Virus record (IMG/VR): IMGVR_UViG_3300046660_000219
Location: 141,909-205,908 of that record
DNA length: 64,000 nt
Direction: 5' to 3' (one strand)
Shown here one piece after another: positions 59,653 to 64,000 of the stretch. Position 1 is the first letter of the stretch, and every line of letters begins with the position of its first letter. The position numbers and the translations under genes are program-made. The notes beneath the pieces were generated by a model, which was not told the origin of the DNA, did not search any database, and saw only the letters and a list, made by a program, of their open reading frames with translations.

Positions 59653-60420
59653 CTAGTCGGCCAGGGCGGCGTAAGCGGCTTGGCGGGCCTTCGTCGCGTT
59701 GCCGCCGTTGGTGCGAGCGGCCTTCTGGAAGGTGTAGAGCCAGAAGCGAATGACGTCGTCAAACTGGTGCTTCTTATAGCCGTTGGTGATCTTGGCGGCG
59801 TCGCCCTTGTATTCGAGGACGAGGTCGCGCATTTGCGCGCCGTCCATGTCGGCCAGCTTGACCTTCTTGGTCGAGGCGACGGCTTGCGCCGCTTGCGTGG
59901 CCTTGGCCGGAGCCTTCGGCGCGGTCGGCTTCACGGCGCGGGCCGGTTGCGAAACGGTAGCCTTCAGCTCACGAACCATCTTGGAGATGACCGGGGCCAG
60001 CCCGTTCTTAGCCTTCCATTCGAAACCGTCGAGCGAAACGTTCGCGATCGGCACACGGGTGTCACCGTCCAGGCTGAACATGGTGCCGTCCTTGGTCACC
60101 AGAACCGCGTCGCCCGTCGTCGGGTTGAAGTACAGGCCCGAAACGATCTCGTCGGTGTTGACCATGCGGCTCTCGGCGGGCTTGGTGGCCGGTTGCGCCT
60201 TGGGAGCAGCCGGAACCGAAATGGTAGCGGCCTGAGCGACGGTGTTGGCGACAGCGCCTTGAACCAGTTCCGGAAACTTCTTGGCGAAGTATTCCATTTC
60301 GGCCGAGGTCAGGCTGCGACGAACGACGATTTGCTCCAGACGGGCGATGGCCGTTTCAGCGCGAGCCAGACGCTTGGTCAGTTGCTCGTTGGTCAGGGCG
60401 GTTTGGGCTTGGGTGTTCAT
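59653..60420 (-). CDS. Ala/Lys-rich protein related to the 58796 gene
   Basis: Shares ATQAAQAVAS; terminator at about 59603-59635. Confidence 0.8.
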   Translation of the reverse strand: MNTQAQTALTNEQLTKRLARAETAIARLEQIVVRRSLTSAEMEYFAKKFPELVQGAVANTVAQAATISVPAAPKAQPATKPAESRMVNTDEIVSGLYFNPTTGDAVLVTKDGTMFSLDGDTRVPIANVSLDGFEWKAKNGLAPVISKMVRELKATVSQPARAVKPTAPKAPAKATQAAQAVASTKKVKLADMDGAQMRDLVLEYKGDAAKITNGYKKHQFDDVIRFWLYTFQKAARTNGGNATKARQAAYAALAD

Positions 60421-60490
60421 AATGATATCTCCGAGAGAAGGTTGCGTTTGGTTTCTTAAGCGGTGGCGGTGTCGCCGTGTTGATGACGCT

Positions 60491-60538
60491 AAGATACGCA
60501 CCCTACAGCCGGTGTCAACGGCCTTGTCGGAAATTTTT
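60491..60538 (-). promoter_or_regulatory. Early-type promoter
   Basis: AAAAATTTCCGAC upstream; TTGACA(60518-60513)-16-TATCTT. Confidence 0.7.
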
Positions 60539-60600
60539 CGCAATTAGCCGCATTTTCTTTAGCCTGACGCTGCAAAAGCCTTACAGCGCTAGGTTTCAGC

Positions 60601-61206
60601 TTATTCACTTTCTTTGTTGTTACGTGTCCTAGCACCGTATTTAGCGCGTTTGGCCACGTCGCTAACAGACTGCGTACCGCTAACACGTGGCCCGCGCCAA
60701 CGTGATTTACCGCCATCGGCATACGGCAAGCTAACAGGTTTGGTGATGAATGCCGGCAGCGGTGTTGCTTGTGGTTTGATTTCGTCTAGCGCGTTAGCCG
60801 CTGCTTCGCGTGGTTGTCCAGGCCAACCGAACGATTGCGTGTGGATGATCGTGTACAGGCTTTCAGCGTTAGGGGGCCAACAGTCTACCGGATCGTCATC
60901 GCACACTAACCAAAATAGTAAACCAACCTCATGCTCAGTCATAGCACTTAGCAGCTTGGTGTAATCTCTATCCGAAAAGGTAATGTTGTAGGAGAGCCGC
61001 GTTTCCATGGCGATCAGGTTGAACAGCTTCATTGAGCGGTCGAGTGCGGCGAACCCGATGTTACCGACATTGACGATAGGTCGGGCGCGATGGCGCTTCA
61101 CCAGAGCACACGGTACACTTAACGCTTCTTGTTCCTGCACCATAGCCAACGCCACGCGCTGACACGTGGTTAGATTCGGTCCATGAATAACGATCACACC
61201 AGTCAT
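60601..61206 (-). CDS. Hypothetical protein
   Basis: AGGAG SD. Confidence 0.65.
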   Translation of the reverse strand: MTGVIVIHGPNLTTCQRVALAMVQEQEALSVPCALVKRHRARPIVNVGNIGFAALDRSMKLFNLIAMETRLSYNITFSDRDYTKLLSAMTEHEVGLLFWLVCDDDPVDCWPPNAESLYTIIHTQSFGWPGQPREAAANALDEIKPQATPLPAFITKPVSLPYADGGKSRWRGPRVSGTQSVSDVAKRAKYGARTRNNKESE

Positions 61207-61227
61207 GCGGCTCTCCTACTATTTATA

Positions 61228-62481
61228 TTAATCACGGGCGACGTGATTATGCTCAAGGAAACGCGCCACGGACTTTGTCGTTCCCATGCAGATATCAATG
61301 TTGGGGCAGAGCTTGGCTTTGTAAAAGCCGTCAACCATACCCATTGGTTTGTTGAAATCCGCGATAGAGCGACATGGTCGCATACGTGCTACTTCGAACC
61401 AAGCGCGCGGCGTTTTATCTCTGTAGGCATCAGAGAGAGCATCGAATTGGCGCTTTGATCGACGCAAGCGCTTGCGCGTAGCTTCGGCGACCTCTCCCCA
61501 GAAAGGGTAAGGATAGAAAGACCAGTTGGTGATGATATCCGAACCAAGCGGAGACTTCTCCGACAGTTTTACGCTGATTTTGGGTTTAGTGAATTTGCCC
61601 GGTTGTTCGCGCGGGGCGAACATCAAACAGTAACCAATGATCGGTAGGCCTTGCAGCTTGTCACCAAACAGCTCAGCCAAAGCCAAACAGTAAGCTTGTA
61701 ACTGATGATGGTGTTTGCCATCTGCGTCTTCACGCCATCGTTGCGCGTTCTCGCTAGTGGTTTTCCAGTCACAGACCAGCCAACCTCGTGTCGTCTTGAC
61801 GAACAAGTCGATGTGACCGCCGCCCAGGCCACGGAAACCTTCGAACTCCAGCTCTTCATATTTGAAATAGTAATCAGCAGCACCGCACGTGAAACACGAA
61901 CGCGGGATGGGCTTGAACAGCTCCACCGTGTTGCAGCGCGTGCATTTGAAGTTGGCGTAGACCATGCTGCGCGCAACACCGGAACGACACACGAAAGTCT
62001 GTACAATTTCGTGGAAGGCCGTGCCGATGTCGAGATAGAACGATTGCCGGAACGTCGCGGGCTCATTCTTCGTCGCGTCAAGGATCGGGCAGTACGGTAG
62101 ACCGGATGGTCGTAGTTGTCGCCTAAAACGATCGGGCAGCTCAACCGTGTAGATACCATTTGCTACGGCACGAAGTTGGTTCACCGCGTCGCTAAGCATG
62201 TCCGCCGTGGGCGCGGTGTCCATGATAGCAGTGGGTACCAGAGCAGGTGGCTTAGAAATCTTGGTTGTACGTGCAGTTTCTGGTTTACGTACCTTTTTCG
62301 GTACTTCGCCGCGTGCCGATGGTCTCGTCACTGGGCGATCACGGTTAGGTTTACCGTTGGGATCTTTCAGTGAGCGTTGCGGCTTGCGTGGCCGTTCCGG
62401 CGCAGCTACCGTTTTACGCTGACGCTCATCAGGACGTGCAGGACGTTGTGGCTTAATCGGCTTCTTGTTCACGTTCGACAT
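61228..62481 (-). CDS. Cas4-like PD-(D/E)XK exonuclease with a Zn-ribbon insert
   Basis: RPSGLPYCP, GTAFHE, CTRC/CFTC, YEE, GHIDL, DWKT, QLQAY, C-terminal C..CP...C. Confidence 0.8.
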   Translation of the reverse strand: MSNVNKKPIKPQRPARPDERQRKTVAAPERPRKPQRSLKDPNGKPNRDRPVTRPSARGEVPKKVRKPETARTTKISKPPALVPTAIMDTAPTADMLSDAVNQLRAVANGIYTVELPDRFRRQLRPSGLPYCPILDATKNEPATFRQSFYLDIGTAFHEIVQTFVCRSGVARSMVYANFKCTRCNTVELFKPIPRSCFTCGAADYYFKYEELEFEGFRGLGGGHIDLFVKTTRGWLVCDWKTTSENAQRWREDADGKHHHQLQAYCLALAELFGDKLQGLPIIGYCLMFAPREQPGKFTKPKISVKLSEKSPLGSDIITNWSFYPYPFWGEVAEATRKRLRRSKRQFDALSDAYRDKTPRAWFEVARMRPCRSIADFNKPMGMVDGFYKAKLCPNIDICMGTTKSVARFLEHNHVARD

Positions 62482-62571
62482 GGACGCCCCATAGGCACTT
62501 AACAAAGGAAAGCCCCGTGAGCATAAAAGCTCACGGGGCTGGTAGCCTGCTACGAAAATATAGCTAAGCGC

Positions 62572-62958
62572 TTAGCGAGTCTTGGGACGCGGCTTGCCTT
62601 CCGGGGCGCGCTTAGCCTTGGCGGCCGGAGCGGCGTCTTCCGTGCCATAGTCGGCTTCGACTTCAACAAACTTCGGATTGTAGGTCAGGCCGTCCAGCAC
62701 GATACCTTTATCGGTGTGGTTGACGGTACCGACTTGCTTACGGCCAATACGCCCGTCCAGCAGTACGACTAGCTTGTCGTCACCGTAAGCGATAACTCGC
62801 TCGTTGGCGTACGACTTTTCGATCATGCGACGGCCGCCCGACTTGCGGCTCTTGAAAACAGTATGCGTGGCGTTGCGGGCAACCAGCACACCGTCAAGAC
62901 GATGAACTTGCGCCGGAGCAGAAACGTACAGGGTGGATTCGATGGAATTGCGGGCCAT
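62572..62958 (-). CDS. Hypothetical beta-rich protein
   Basis: AAGGGA SD; terminator at about 62508-62540. Confidence 0.7.
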   Translation of the reverse strand: MARNSIESTLYVSAPAQVHRLDGVLVARNATHTVFKSRKSGGRRMIEKSYANERVIAYGDDKLVVLLDGRIGRKQVGTVNHTDKGIVLDGLTYNPKFVEVEADYGTEDAAPAAKAKRAPEGKPRPKTR

Positions 62959-63052
62959 TAGGCGTCCCTTAAAGGTAGGTTGCGGGATAGAACAAGCGGT
63001 TACCAAGGAAGGGCCGCTGTGACCGTGTTAAATTACTATGTGCGGACATCGC

Positions 63053-63667
63053 CTAGCGTAAGCGTTTGGGCGATTTACCCGAGTTCTTATGCTTGGCGAT
63101 AACGGATCTCCAATAGGTGGCTTCGAAGTAGTCCTCTCCTTTTCCGCTGATAGCTTTCTTGAGGTTGCCAAAATCGGTAGCCATGACGACGTCATACAGT
63201 GCCTTGGTCTTACCGCGCTGCGGGGCTAGATGATTTGGGAGGGTAAAATACTTGCCGCGTTTGGGATCAGACAAGAACGCTACTATTTCACCGATAACAT
63301 GCGGCCGAAGATCATGGCGAATATTGGACGACAGCGCAGACAACGCATGCTCGCGATCAACAGCGGTGTTCGATAGCTCCTGCACGATGCGGTTTGGACG
63401 AACCGTAAAGTTTGCCGCTATACCAGGGCGGGCCTGCACATAGGTCTCAACTGCTTCCCAATCTATTTTACCATTTTCGTCAGCCACCAGAGGTTTTTCA
63501 CTCATTGCACTCACGACAAGCTCAGACTCGAACACGAACATACGCTCTGCCCGACCTTTTGCGCGTGAGACGCCGAGAACAACGGAGAAGTTACCCTTCC
63601 AACCCGGATAGTTCTCATTGACATAGTTCATCACCGAGATGGGATCGTGTTTGACAAAGACAAGCAT
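63053..63667 (-). CDS. Hypothetical protein
   Basis: GGGGAG SD. Confidence 0.7.
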   Translation of the reverse strand: MLVFVKHDPISVMNYVNENYPGWKGNFSVVLGVSRAKGRAERMFVFESELVVSAMSEKPLVADENGKIDWEAVETYVQARPGIAANFTVRPNRIVQELSNTAVDREHALSALSSNIRHDLRPHVIGEIVAFLSDPKRGKYFTLPNHLAPQRGKTKALYDVVMATDFGNLKKAISGKGEDYFEATYWRSVIAKHKNSGKSPKRLR

Positions 63668-63800
63668 AAAGGTACTCCCCGTGATGATTTAGCCAATTTC
63701 GGCCTGTGGTGGTCCGAAGTACAGCTCGAAAGTTATGTGCCCGAAGGAAGGCTCTATCGGGCTGCTAAACGCGGCGTTCACACCAAACGCCGCTACGATT

Positions 63801-64000
63801 TTACTCGATGCGTGACAGCGTCTTATCCGCCTCGACACGATATCGACTACCGTGCACCGGGAAATCAGCGAACGATTGCGGCGTAACCACCAACAGATTG
63901 TCGTAACCGTTGTCTAAAACAGTAGGCAACAACTCTGCTAGTGCATGACGATTAGACGCCTGCGAACCGGCCTCGATTTCGTCCAGCACCAGTGTACGCA
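63801..64000 (-). CDS. C-terminus of an SbcC/Rad50 (gp46-like) ABC ATPase, partial
   Basis: LVLDEIEAG (Walker B/D-loop) followed by LLVVTP at the H-switch position. Confidence 0.55.
   Translation of the reverse strand, partial: RTLVLDEIEAGSQASNRHALAELLPTVLDNGYDNLLVVTPQSFADFPVHGSRYRVEADKTLSRIE

Larger units (their letters stand above)
1..64000 (-). other. Segment of a large lytic bacteriophage genome (early/accessory and nucleotide-metabolism region)
   Basis: Unidirectional, tightly packed short ORFs with ATGA/GTGA overlaps; phage-typical gene set (HNH, DUF3310, ThyX, NrdB, NAMPT/PRS, Cas4-like, SLT); no housekeeping operons or rRNA seen. Confidence 0.93.

Noticed and set aside
61228-62481. 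CRISPR-Cas locus
   Set aside because: No repeat-spacer array or other cas genes seen; the repeated ~50 bp motifs are dispersed promoters and hairpins.
63670-63800. tRNA gene in a multi-hairpin intergenic region
   Set aside because: No acceptor stem or T-loop consensus found by eye. No tRNA was recognised anywhere in the window, though tRNAscan was not run.
808-63886. Long plus-strand ORFs (for example 12734..13432, 57086..57727, 58805..59536, 59650..60459)
   Set aside because: They are antisense shadows of codon-biased minus-strand genes, with no SD or recognisable motifs.

Overview
This 64 kb window is part of a large lytic dsDNA phage genome. Essentially every real gene lies on the minus strand; the plus-strand ORFs are antisense shadows. 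The NrdB type, a KGG stress protein, AAAGG-type ribosome-binding sites and promoters lacking the -7 T suggest an alphaproteobacterial (Caulobacter/Brevundimonas-like) host (inference). The window is mostly a dense early/host-takeover array of small hypothetical genes driven by a repeated sigma70-type promoter. It also holds a nucleotide/NAD metabolism block: NrdB, ThyX-like, two MazG-like pyrophosphatases, kinases, and a PRPP-synthetase/NAMPT-like pair matching the NARP1 anti-defence layout. The standout is a self-contained operon at about 12.8-18.2 kb that looks like a phage-encoded ubiquitin-like conjugation system: two paralogous ~600 aa proteins ending in an E2-like PH-x2-C module, an XRE HTH, a ThiF/E1 enzyme, and a Gly-Gly-terminated Ubl with a 110 aa acidic tail. 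A stand-alone ClpX zinc-finger mimic and a papain-like Cys peptidase lie just downstream. Other notable items: an HNH-AP2 endonuclease that split nrdB and supplied a recoded replacement N-terminus, covarying intergenic RNA stem-loops, strong-SD minigenes, a Trp-Trp leader upstream of an orphan spike-like gene, and a gene with an in-frame TGA. All family calls come from motif recognition by eye; no searches were run.
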